Positions 39,027 to 50,177 of a DNA stretch of 64,000 nucleotides are shown piece by piece. The number at the start of each line of letters is the position of its first letter. The first letter of the stretch is position 1. The DNA comes from Chiloscyllium plagiosum (taxonomy: Eukaryota), in the NCBI RefSeq assembly GCF_004010195.1, contig NC_057719.1, positions 26,144,542 through 26,208,541 on the forward strand, written 5' to 3'. Under the pieces are notes generated by a model. That model was given only the letters and a program-made list of their open reading frames with translations. It was not told the origin of the DNA and searched no databases. A program made the position numbers and the translations under genes.

Positions 39027-41021
39027 AGGAACAAATTACTGCAGATGCTGGAATCTGTTTTGAAAACAAAAAGTGCTGGAGATCACAATGGGTCAGGCAG
39101 CATCCATGGAGAGGAAGCAAGCTCATGTTTTGAGTCTAGATGAGTCTTCTTCAGAGCTGACATGAGGTGTGGAGGGACAGCATTTATGTTAAAGTGGAGG
39201 GGAGATGAAATGCTGGGGGAGAAATTGTTTTGGTGATCGGAATGTGAGAATGGCAGAACAATGATGTGTCTAACTGCCAGACTGGAAAGAACAGACAGTC
39301 CCACAGGGGTGGGGGAAGGGAAAGAGGACATGGTGACAGAGAATGTAACAAGTAAAGCTAGAAGAAAGAGAAGAAATTGGAGTGGGTTCATAATTGGAGG
39401 ATGTTAAACCCAATATTGCATCCAAAAGGTTGTAAAGTGCCTAGTCTGAAGATGAGATGTTGTTCCTTGATTCCCTGGAGCTCTGCAGCATGCTGAGGAC
39501 AAACAAGTGGGCATGCAACAGAACGGTTTGTTAAAATGGCCAGCTACAGGAAGGTCAGGGTCACACTTGCACACGGACCGGAGGTGTTCTGCAAAGCGAT
39601 CATCCAGTCTGCGTTTGGTTTCTCCAATGTAAAGTAGGCCACACTGGATGCAGTGAATAAAATGCACAAGTTTGGAGAAGGTACAGGTGAAATGCTGCTT
39701 CATCTGGAAAGACAGTTTATACCTTTGGATAGTGAGCAGGGAGGAGGTGAAGGGGTAGGTGTTGCTCCCTTCTGCGGTTACATGGGAAGGTGCCATGGAA
39801 AGCAGTGATGGAGTTGACAATTGAGGAATGGACTAAGGTGTTCCGGAGGAAAAATCCCTGGTGAAATGCAGACAAGGGGTGTAAGGCGAAGATGTGTTTG
39901 GTGATGGTGTTCTACTGAGGTTGTCCGAAATGGCGGAGAGTGATCTTTGAATGTGGAGGCTGGTGGGATGAAAAATGAGGACAAGGAGGAACCTGATCCT
40001 GCTGTTGTGAGTGATGGGAAGGGGTAAGGGTGGAAACATGGGTGATAGGTCAGATGTAGTTGATGGCCCTTTCAACCTCAGTAAGCGGGAAACCACAATT
40101 ATGGAAGAAGGATGCCATGTCAGCAGCGCTGTTTTTGAAGGTAGCATCTTCCAAATAGATATGGCATAGGTGAAGGAACTGGGAGAATTGGATAGAATCC
40201 TTGCAAGATGTGGGATGTGAAGCCACATAGTGAAGGTAGCTATGGGAGTCAGTGGCTTTGTAGTGGAGAGCAGATTATGGAGATGGAGAGGTCAAGGAAA
40301 AGAAGGGAAGTGAAGGAAATGGATGATGTGAAAGTTATACACGGGTGGAAATTGGAGGCAAAATGAACAAATTTTTCAAGGTCCAGGCAGAGCATGAAGT
40401 GGCATGAAAACAGTTGCCGATGTACCAAGAAAACAGTTGTGGGAGGGTCCAGTGTAGCACTGGAACAAGGATTGTTCCACATAACCCATAAAGAGGCAGG
40501 CATTACTGGGACCCATGTCACTGCCCATAGCCACTCTTTGACTTGGCAGAAGTGAGATGAATTAAAGGGGAAATTGTTCACTGAGAGAACAATTTCAGCC
40601 AGGCGGAGGAGAATGGAGGAGGATGGGGATTGTTCAGGCCTCTGGTCGAGGAAGAAGCCAAGAGCTCTCAGACCATCCTGGTGGGCAATGGAGTTGGAGA
40701 GGAATTGGACATCCATGGTGAATAGGAGGCAGTTAGGGCCAGGGAACTAGAAATTGTCAATATGGCAGAGGGCATCAGAGGAATCATGGATGTAGGTGGG
40801 CAGGATCCGGAAAAGGGGAGAGAGGATGGAATCAAGGTAGGAGGAAGTGAGCTTGGTGGGGCAGGAACAGACTGATACAATGGGTGCACCGGGACAGTCT
40901 GGTTTGTGGATTATGGGAAGGAGGTAGAAGCGGGTTGTCTGGGGTTGGGAGACTGGAAACATTAGCTTGCTTTCTCTCCATGGATGCTGCCTGACCCACT
41001 GTGATCTCCAGCATTTTTTGG
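39027..41021 (-). mobile_element. 5'-truncated Penelope-like element (third family) with inverted pLTR at its 5' end and 15-bp TSD
   Basis: RFYLLPIIHKPDCPGAPIVS, MDVQFL..SIAHQDGL, LSVNNFPFN, CGLLYIGETKRRLDDRFAEH. Inverted arm ~40957-41021. TTTCTTTCTCTTTCT at 39012-39026 and 41022-41036. Confidence 0.9.
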
Positions 41022-42117
41022 TTTCTTTCTCTTTCTGCTGCTGTGCCAAGCAGTTACTGAAAAATAGTTCATTTGTGTGTCTTAAGTCTGGGTCCTATAT
41101 TTCTTAAAGTTGAGTTGGTGTTGGCAAACTTTTAATATCCAACTTCGTGTACAAGTGTAAATTAAAACAGATCTGAAGTTCTTGACACTTGACTCAGTTC
41201 CCTGATTTCAAAGTCTTTAAAGAAAATGGTAATTTTAATTCAAACATCTTTGTTCTTTCTGCATTGGTTTCTTGAACTTGCCTCAATCTGTGGTCAGGTG
41301 ATCACTGCCATTTAAGGGCTGTGTTTATACCCTTTCAAAAACTATTTTAGCCCATGAAAATCTTAAGTGTTATAACCTGATACTGGAAGTTGAGAATCAA
41401 GACTCCATATTTTACCATACCACAGGTTAATTGTTCTTTGAAGCAAATTTATTGTGAGATTTCAAGGCATAGTGGAACTACCCAGAGAGATCTCATCTTT
41501 CTTAGGTGCAAGATAAATCAAAATAAATGTCCCTTGCAACACAAGCACAGTGTTGTGGATACTCCAAGGTCAAATATTATATGAATGTAATAACATGCAA
41601 TTCCAAATGGCCCTAATATAATGATAGTGATATAGCCTTCACAAGACTCAAATGCATACCATCAACTGCCGACTTCCAGATTCATTGGGCTGAATTTTAC
41701 TTTTTACTTTCTTTCTCAGCAAATTGTATCAAGCTTTTCTTTTAAGAGAGGTGGATGAAAGGGTTTTCTCACTGTATCCAACCAGATTCACTTCATTAAC
41801 ACCAAATCATGCCCCATTACATCGTATACATCCGATTCCAGCCTATTTTACCACACACCATTCCAAAACAACTCTCCAGGCAGCAGATATCTCAGAATTA
41901 ACCAGCATCCCTGGCAGCAATGCCATCTCTAAGACCCTATTGAGCATTCAGACAAACACTGTCGGTCCTGATGTGCCCTAGACAGTTCCTGACATTTGCC
42001 CCAGGCACAACAAACAGGAGAAAACTAGCGCCCTACATTATGGGCATGGTATGATACATAGGTAGGATGTCCTCTCCCCCCAGGACCAGTAGAGGGAGAT
42101 AGTACTCCAGACCATGC

Positions 42118-43621
42118 CATAGAGTCATAGAGTCAGAGAGATGTACAGCATAGAAACAGACCCTTCGGTCCAACCTGTCCATGCCAACCAGTTATCCCAA
42201 CTCAAACTAGTCCCACCTGCCAGCACCCAACCCATATCCCTCCAAACCCTTCCTATTCATATACCCATCCAGTTGCCTTTTAAATGTTGCAATTGCACCA
42301 GCTTCCACCACTTCCTCTGGCAGCTCATTCCAGACACATACCATCCTCTGCGTGAAAACATTGCCCCTTAGGTCCCTTTTATATCTTTTCCCTCTCATCC
42401 TAAACCTATGCCCTCTAATTCTGGACTCCCCCAACCCAAGGAAAAGATTTTGTCTATTTATCCTATCCATGTCCCCCATAATTTTGTAAACCTCTATAAG
42501 GTCACCCCTCAGCATCTGACGCTCCAGGGAAAACAGCCCCAGCCCGTTCAGCCTCTCCCTAGAGCTCAGATCCTCCAACCCTGGCAACATCCATTTAAAT
42601 CTTTTCTGAATCCTTTCATGTTTCACAACATCTTTCCGATAGGAAGGAGACCAGAATTGCATGATATATTTCAACAGTGGCCTAACCAATGTCCTGTACA
42701 GCCGCAACATGACCTCCCAACTCCTATACTCAATACTCTGACCAATAAAGGAACGCATACCAAACGCCTTCTTCACTATCCTATCTACCTGTGACTCCAC
42801 TTTCAAGGAGCTATAAACCTGCATTCCAAGGTCTCTTTGTTCAGTAACACTCCCTAGAACCTTACCATTAAATTCATAAGTCCTGCTACACGCTTAATGG
42901 TATGAATTAAATTCCATCTGCCACTTCTCAGCCCATTGGCCCATCTGATTAAGATCCTGTTGTAATCTGAGGTAACCATCTTCGCTGTCGACTGCACCTC
43001 CAATTTTGGTGTCATCTGAAAACTTACTAACTCTACCTCTTCTGCTCGCATCCAAATCATTTATATAAATGACGAAAAGTAATGGATCCAGCTGTGATCC
43101 TTGTGGCACTCCACTGGTCACAGGCCTCCAGTCTGAAAAACAACCCTCCACCACCACCCTCTGTCTTCTACCTTTGAGCCAGTTCTGTATCCAAATGGCT
43201 AGTTCTCTCTGTATTCCAAGAGATCTAACCTTGCTAATCAGTCTCCCATGGGGAACCTTGTCGAACGCCTTACTGAAGTCCATATAGATCACATCCACCA
43301 CTCTACCCTCATCAATCTTCTTTGCTACTTCTTCAAAAAACTCAATCAAGTTTGTGAGACATGATTTCCCATGCACAAAGCCATGTTGACTATCCCTAAT
43401 CATCCTTGCCTTTCCAAATATATGTACATCCTGTCCCTCAGGATTCCCTCCAACAACTTGCCCACCGCCGATGTCAGGCTCACTGGTCTATAGTTCCCTG
43501 GCTTGTCTTTACCATCCTTCTTAAACAGTGGCACCACGTTAACCAACCTCCAGTCTTCTAGCACCTTACCTGTGACTGTCAATGATGCAAATATCTCAGC
43601 AAGAGGCCCAGCAATCACTTT
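42118..43621 (-). mobile_element. CR1 (HER1-like) LINE, 5'-truncated
   Basis: ORFs 43400-43672, 42894-43403 and 42207-42824 give a continuous CR1 RT C-terminus; (CATAGAGT)n tail at 42118. Confidence 0.95.
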
Positions 43622-43815
43622 CGCGTCAGCCTGATCCAATGTTAGCATCCGACCCAATGCAGTCTCAACCAACTGGACAGCATTGTAGGAAGGTCAGTGT
43701 CCTTTGCCAGGGCAAGTGTCATATCTTCTCTTTGATAGCTCACACTCTATCTCTCACATCTCCCTTCACTTGTTATCACTCACTCCAAACCCCAACAGCA
43801 CTTTCCCCCCCTTGT

Positions 43816-44051
43816 GGAGAAAGTGAGGACTGCCGATGATGGAGATCAGAGCTGAAAATGTGTTGCTGGAAAAGCGCAGCAGGTCAGGCAGCATCCAAGG
43901 AGCAGGAGAATCGACGTTTCGGGCATGAGCCCTTCTTCAGGAATCGAGAAGAAGGGCATTCCTGAAGAAGGGCTCATGCCCGAAAAGTCGATTCTCCTGC
44001 TCCTTGGATGCTGCCTGAACTGCTGCGCTTTTCCAGCAACACATTTTCAGC
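43816..44051. mobile_element. Young inverted pLTR pair carrying two hammerhead-like motifs
   Basis: Arms 43851-43944 and 43958-44051 are complementary at about 92 of 94 positions (manual count). TT-C7/8-TTGT is duplicated on both flanks. Confidence 0.9.
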
Positions 44052-44097
44052 CCTTCCCCCCCCTTGTACCAACATTAACAGCTATGCCACCCACTTT

Positions 44098-44445
44098 CAT
44101 AGAATCCCTACAGTGTGGAAGCAGGTCATTCAACCCATCGAGTCCACACCAACCCTCTGAAGAGTATTCTACCCAGGCCCCCACCCCAACCCCACCCTAT
44201 CCCTGCATTTCCCATAGTTAATTACATAGCCAGCACATCCCTGGACATTATGAGCAATTTAGTATGGCCAATCCACCTAACCTGAACATCTTTGGACTGT
44301 GTGAGGGAACTGGTGCACCCAGTGGAAACCCATGCAGACACAGGAAAAATGTGCAAACCCCACTCAACCGCCCAGGGTGGAATCGAACCTGGGTGCTTGG
44401 TGCTGTGAGGCAGCAGTGCTAATCACTGAACCACCATACCAACCC
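44098..44445 (-). mobile_element. HE1-like SINE
   Basis: Diverged reverse complement of the SINE copies elsewhere in the window. Confidence 0.85.
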
Positions 44446-47063
44446 CTGTAGTACCTGCCACTCTCTCATTACAGTAACAAAACAGCCCCAATCGGATGGA
44501 AAGTGCCATGATGGATGGTGGGCTAGCCTAGTGTAGACAGCATCTTGACTCTGACCATCCCAAGTAATATGAGTCTGGTAGCTCTGAATGTACACACAGG
44601 CAAGGCAATGCAAAGGAACATGCAGGTAGACTCAGAGTGAGTGAGCATTGGACAGCGAATAGAGCATGGAGTTACAGCCTGGTCCAGTACAAGGTCTGGG
44701 TACATGTCCATGAGTACAGAGTGTCTTTGCTGCAGTATTACAATGATAGTAGCTGCAGTAGTAAAGGTGCAGCATTGAATAGCATGGGTCAGAGATGTAC
44801 ACTGAGGCATCCTGAGGCTGACACATATTAGGAGCTTAGGTCCAGAGATATAAGGTGCATGTGGCTGGTGCTCATAGAGCATGTTCATAGATGTTGGGAT
44901 CTGGTATCCAACATGGCCATCAGTTAGAGCATGCAGCAAGCTGAGGTCACCAACTATCTATTCTGATATGCATTTCAAGATCTCTTCATGTGCAGCTTGC
45001 TTAACCAGACAACTGAACATTAATGACGTGAGTGGACCCGCTAACCAAATGTTTAACAAACAACTCTACTTGCTGCTGCCTGTGAGAAACTCATTACGCC
45101 ATGGTCAAATCATAAAAGCTGGAGCGAGATGCTCCTGATGTACAAATAGGCCCTGTCAGACTTTGTAATTCTTCAACAAATCTCCCGACCCACTTTGCTG
45201 AACCCCTATAAGATTCCACCCATGGTTTAAAAACAATAAAATATCTTCAAGATGCCTTGCTACTTCATTGGCACACCACCTTCCTCTTAACCCTTTCTGC
45301 ACTGATCATGAACAAACCTTGATATCTTTCAGTAAATCCCTTTTATTAATTTGTCCAGTACTTCAAGCAAATAAGTTCATGCAATATACGTCCTGCTTTG
45401 TCGTAATGATAGTTGTGGCTTACAATATAGATCATCTTAACAATGTCTAAAGTTCAGTGAAGCAAAGGGATCACAGGCTACTCTCATTTGAGAGACACAA
45501 TTAATGGTGAGTTAAACTTGAGGATTTCAACACTTCAGGCAGGAAGCAAAGTTGAGAGGTAAGTTTCATACTATCGAAGAGATAGAAAGAGGTGAGGATA
45601 GTGGATTAGCCAAAATGGTCTCTGCTACTATCAAAATTGAAGAGAGGTTCAAGATGAGGTACAAGCAAAGAAGCAGTAACTGCAATGTCTGCACCATTTG
45701 AGGCAATAGATAAATTTGCAATTAAGTTGTGTCAGATTGCAACAGAGTTCGGTGAACAATTATTTATGACAAATTCAACATTTGTGGTTAAGGTGATTGA
45801 AAAAGAATAAGTTCATCCAAAATCCAGCCTTTGAACCATAAATCCCCTGGGGCTAGTGTGCTGCCAACTGTCTTTGTGGTAATGTAGGTCATGTTCATGT
45901 AACCTGTAAATAGCTCCTGTAATGCAATAAACTTGATCTTGTTTACTCAACATGACTCTTCTAGTTAGACCTAATCCACATGAGACCACTTCAGGCTTGA
46001 AGGAACCCACACACAAGACACTTGGCCACAGTTCTGAAATAATAACCACCAAAGTAACATTTCAAATCAACAGCATCAATTAAATCATGACATGTTGCAT
46101 ACAAGATCACCCTTGCACATCCCTTTATTTTTGTTTTCTATGTGCCATACATCGCGCTCTTTCACAGATCTAAGCAGGTGGTTGTGTATAACTAGTTGAA
46201 AGCTCCTGACTTCTTGTATAAGGTGACAATTCCCTAGTTTTGGACTGCATCAGCCTCAGCTTGTGCAGCTTCAGTCTGTGTTGTCTGGCTGACCGGCCAC
46301 AATAAGGATGGAGTGGCAGTGATGGGAAGATTATTACTGCCATCCTGAGAGAGGACAACAGAGTCACTGACATTTCCTTGGAGTGTTGCCTGAGCTGCCC
46401 AGTACAGTTTTGCATAGATGAGAAACTCTGAAAAGTATAGAATTAGAGATCCATTATTTGAGATGGTCTTTTGTAGGCTGTACCAATGGAGTGTCACTTA
46501 TTGAGGTGTGTGTTGAGTGGCATGGGCAAGTTGGGTCGAAGGGCCTGCTTTCATGCTGCAGACTTCTAGGACATGTTTTTCAGGATATGCAGCTGTTATA
46601 CATTGCTAATATATAGCTCCCTTGTTTATTTCAGCTTTTATTGTGTGCTGCTCTGTCTTTTCATCACGTATGATTTTAATGGTTGTAGAAGTTTCTGATC
46701 ACCCTATAACACTGACTTTTTATATAAAGTTAACAAGGAAAACATTGTCATCTTCTGAAATTTACCTTTTGTTATCTCTGAATAGCATTGATGTGTTTAA
46801 GTTCTGCACCTTCTTAGCCCTTCCCTTGTTGCCAGCATGATGGTGCTGTTGGTCACCTATGTTTTGTTCTGACATCTGGCTTGGCTTTTGGATCTAGATT
46901 TCCTGCATCTGGGTAATCAGTGATCCCAGGTATAACAAGCTATACAGAGATCAAGAAATGCTAGACAGTTTTTGGATAGGTGTGACAAACAGCAACCATT
47001 AGAAATTTTATAGGTTTGGTACATTTTGCTAACCACAACAATATTGGCCATGCTAGTGTGGCT

Positions 47064-47145
47064 GGTAGTGTGGCCGAGCGGTCTAAGGTGCTGGATTAAG
47101 GCTCCAGTCTCGACAGGGGCGTGGGTTCGAATCCCACCGCTGCCA
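47064..47145 (+). tRNA. tRNA-Leu-AAG: tRNA-Leu(AAG), 82 nt, probably a retroposed copy of uncertain function
   Basis: GGTAGTGTGGCCGAGCGGTCTAAGGTGCTGGATTAAGGCTCCAGTCTCGACAGGGGCGTGGGTTCGAATCCCACCGCTGCCA. Full cloverleaf, anticodon AAG at 47098-47100, long variable arm. Two C>T changes at CpG give G.U pairs. Only TTTCT downstream. Confidence 0.93.
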
Positions 47146-47351
47146 TTTCTGCTGATCAACTTCAACGACGCAGCTTGTTAAAATGCTGTTTCAATCCCCG
47201 CTGTATTGATGTTTAAAACAGAAGCAAAATGCGTTTGCTTCGCGGGGAATTAACTGTGGTGTGGGAAAGTGCGGAAATTTCGAAAGTGTCTGTGCTGTCA
47301 TGATCGTGTTCGCCTCCCGCGCGGAAAATCGCAAGCAGTTCTACTGTTATT

Positions 47352-47653
47352 GCGGCATGGTGGCACAGTGGTTAGCACTGCTGCCTCACAGCGCCAGAGA
47401 CCCGGTTTCAATTCCCGCCTCAGGCGACTGACTGTGTGGAGTTTGCACGTTCTCCCCGTGTCTGCGTGGGTTTCCTCCCACAGTCCAAAGATGTGCAGGG
47501 TCAGGTGAATTGGCCATACTAAATTGCCCGTAGTGTTAGGTAAGGGGTAAATGTAGGGGTATGGGTGGGGTTCGCTTCGGCGGGTCGGTGTGGACTTGTT
47601 GGGCCGAAGGGCCTGTTTCCACACTGTAATCTAATCTAATCTAATCTAATCTA
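47352..47653 (+). mobile_element. Young HE1-like SINE with (TAATC)5 tail
   Basis: CpG-rich, A and B boxes; lacks about 19 nt between the TTTCCTCC repeats compared with the 50672 copy. Confidence 0.92.
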
Positions 47654-48686
47654 AATTGCTTGTAGTGTTAGGTGAAGGGGTAAACATAGGGGAATGGGTC
47701 TGGGTAGGTTGTGCTTCGGTGGGTCGGTGTGGACTTGTTGGGCTGAAGGGCCTGTTTCCACACTGTAAGTAATCTAATGGTGTTGGCTGTATCTAAAGCA
47801 TTTAATTGCTGTTGCCCTGCCACTATGACTTCACATTTACACCGATCCTCAAGAAACGGGTTAGTCGTACGGCCATTTATCTTGTCCACAAGAATCTTCC
47901 TAAAGGCTCTACTTTGTAATGATGACTAACCTGATGAGCCTTTTTCACAATTCCTCTTCAGAAAAGTCACACAAATGTCCTTTGTGCTTGGCATCTTCAG
48001 AACAAACTGGCCAGTGGACTCTTGGAGCACTGTCTGTATGACATGAGTTAGAGTCCATTAATCTTGAAGTTAATTCTGACGTTGAGCTGATCTTCAAGAA
48101 CCTTACAAATCTTTTCTGGATCTTTCTAATTGACCATGTAAAAATCTGATGTGTTAACTCTGTGAAGTCTCTCCTTGCCAGTGACAAGCAAGACATTTAG
48201 GCCTATTTTCTCAAGATTATCTATCCCCTGATCTATGAAGTAGAACTGCACGCCTTGATTGCACAGTTGTAGGCAGCAAGCATGTCACTGGATGCCTGGT
48301 CCATAATGAGGTTTCTGTCATCTGTGGTCCTCCATTAAAAATATTGTACTGTGCCACCTTAAGCGATGTGACCCTGATTTTGTGTCAGCTTAAAACTTTA
48401 TTTTCCAAGAACATAAACTTCGCAGCTCCTGTTCTGAGAAACTGTTACTTATAAGGATTAGGGCATCCTGGCTTCCAGCTTCTGTACTGTATTGCACTGA
48501 TATTGTGTCCCAACTCATGAATGCACCTCAGCCTTTTTAACATTTATTTTGTTCTGAAAGAACTTACATTCTAATCAAAAATAAATTTGTTTTCATTTCT
48601 TCCTGGTTAATACCCTATCTACAGATCTTTCCAGCTGTCCATCTTCAAAGAAACTGGTCCTGGTGTTGGATGAGAAATTCTCTTTT

Positions 48687-49481
48687 AGAAAAATACAGCA
48701 CAGTACAGGCCCTTTGGCCCTCGATGTTGCGCCGATCCAAGCTCACCTAACCTATGCTAGCCCACTATCTTCCATATGCCTATCCAATGCCCGTTTAAAT
48801 GTCCGTAAAGAAGGAGTGTCCACCACTGCTACCGGCAGGGCATTCCATGAACTCACGACTCGCTGAGTAAAGAATCTACCCCTAACATCTGTCCTATACC
48901 TACCACCCCTTAATTTAAAGCTATGCCCCCTCGTAATAGCTGACTCCACACGTGGAAAAAGGTTCTCACGGTCAACCCTNNNNNNNNNNNNNNNNNNNNN
49001 NNNNNNNNNNNNNNNNNNNNNNNNNNNNNNNNNNNNNNNNNNNNNNNNNNNNNNNNNNNNNNNNNNNNNNNNNNNNNNNNNNNNNNNNNNNNNNNNNNNN
49101 NNNNNNNNNNNNNNNNNNNNNNNNNNNNNNNNNNNNNNNNNNNNNNNNNNNNNNNNNNNNNNNNNNNNNNNNNNNNNNNNNNNNNNNNNNNNNNNNNNNN
49201 NNNNNNNNNNNNNNNNNNNNNNNNNNNNNNNNNNNNNNNNNNNNNNNNNNNNNNNNNNNNNNNNNNNNNNNNNNNNNNNNNNNNNNNNNNNNNNNNNNNN
49301 NNNNNNNNNNNNNNNNNNNNNNNNNNNNNNNNNNNNNNNNNTTAGCTACATTGAACTCCATTTGCCACCTTTCTGCCCAGTTCTGCAGCTTATCTATATC
49401 CAGCTGTAACCTGACACATCCTTCCTCACTGTCAACAACTCCACCGACTTTCGTATCATCCGCAAACTTGCTCACCCAACC
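48687..49481 (-). mobile_element. CR1 LINE, second young subfamily, spanning a gap
   Basis: WVSKFADDTKVGG and RGRFFTQRVVSSWNALP; near-identical to 61195-61920. Confidence 0.9.
48980..49341. other. Assembly gap (362 N)
   Basis: Run of N. Confidence 1.
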
Positions 49482-50177
49482 AAGTTTCTCTGAATTCTCT
49501 GTTGTTTGGTTGGTCTGCAAATCCATTTTAAAATTTCTGCAAACAAATTACCTCAGGCTTTCCAAGATGACCACCATTTGCGTGGGTTTACCTCCCACAG
49601 TATGTTTGTGGGAGTGCTGATGTCAGTGCTTAGGTTATCTCCTGTAACAGAAGGAACTGGAATGTAATTATTATGTACATTCCTCAGGCACATGATGTCT
49701 AAGCTAACAAAATGCATCTGTATGGATACATGGTTAGGAAAGGCTTAGAGGGATATGGGCCAAATGCTGGCAAATGAAACTGGATTAATTTGGGATAACT
49801 GGTCGGCATGGACAGGTGGACCGAAGGGTCTAATTTTGTCCTGCACAACTCCATGACTGTGTGGCTCTATTAAGCTACCAATTTACAACAGAGGAGCATA
49901 CTTCCCATAGGGAGCCATGCCTCAAGTAAATTTGAGACAAGATGGACGATAAGGTCTTTATACCCTCAGGTCACAAGCCAGGATGATACCTCTTATAGCC
50001 ATATTGACACATTGACACTAAGACATCACACAACAGGTTATAATTAATGTAACAGCAGGACTGCCTACACACTTCCAGTAAGGTGGCAGTGAAGAAGGGC
50101 TTCTGAACCTGGGGACCCTCTGCTCCATCCACTTTTCTATTCGTTCCACTTTTTTTCCTTTTTTTCCCTTTTAGTAC

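Larger units (their letters stand above)
41687..45221. mobile_element. Putative decayed Harbinger-like host element interrupted by CR1, pLTR and SINE insertions
   Basis: Termini GGGCTGAATTTTAC (41687) and TAAGATTCCACCC (45209-45221). Myb/SANT-like TGQHCRKV remnant at ~43625-43715, similar to 35.2 kb. Confidence 0.35.
47043..47778 (+). mobile_element. Older 5'-truncated HE1-like SINE split into 47043-47055 and 47654-47778
   Basis: ATTGGCCATGCTA joined to AATTGCTTGTAGTGTTAGG rebuilds the SINE sequence seen intact at ~50847-50880. AAT flanks both ends (47040-47042, 47776-47778). Confidence 0.8.
46170..48304 (-). mobile_element. Decayed, internally deleted Gypsy-type LTR retrotransposon (gag, zinc knuckle, protease), interrupted at 47043-47778
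   Basis: MDQASSDMLAAY..QFYFIDQG..KDPEKICKVLEDQLNVRINFKI..LMSYRQ..CDFSEEEL*KRLIRLVI. CX2CX4HX4C (CIACYTWDH*LPRC) at 46905-46946. HTIKAEINKGA, a decayed DTG protease motif, at ~46615-46645. Possible pol-terminal TRS..QPPA near 46175. Confidence 0.75.

Noticed and set aside
45800..46120. Possible LTR of the Gypsy element
   Set aside because: No matching second LTR or convincing primer-binding site found upstream of gag.
47043..47055. Possible ~15-bp diverged TSD (TATTGGCCATGCTA vs TGTTGGCTGTATCTA) around the tRNA insertion
   Set aside because: The left sequence matches the SINE internal sequence exactly and joins to 47654, so the split-SINE reading explains it better.
47352..47425. SINE heads scored as additional tRNA genes
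   Set aside because: They have A and B boxes but continue into SINE body and LINE-like tail; they are tRNA-derived SINE heads.
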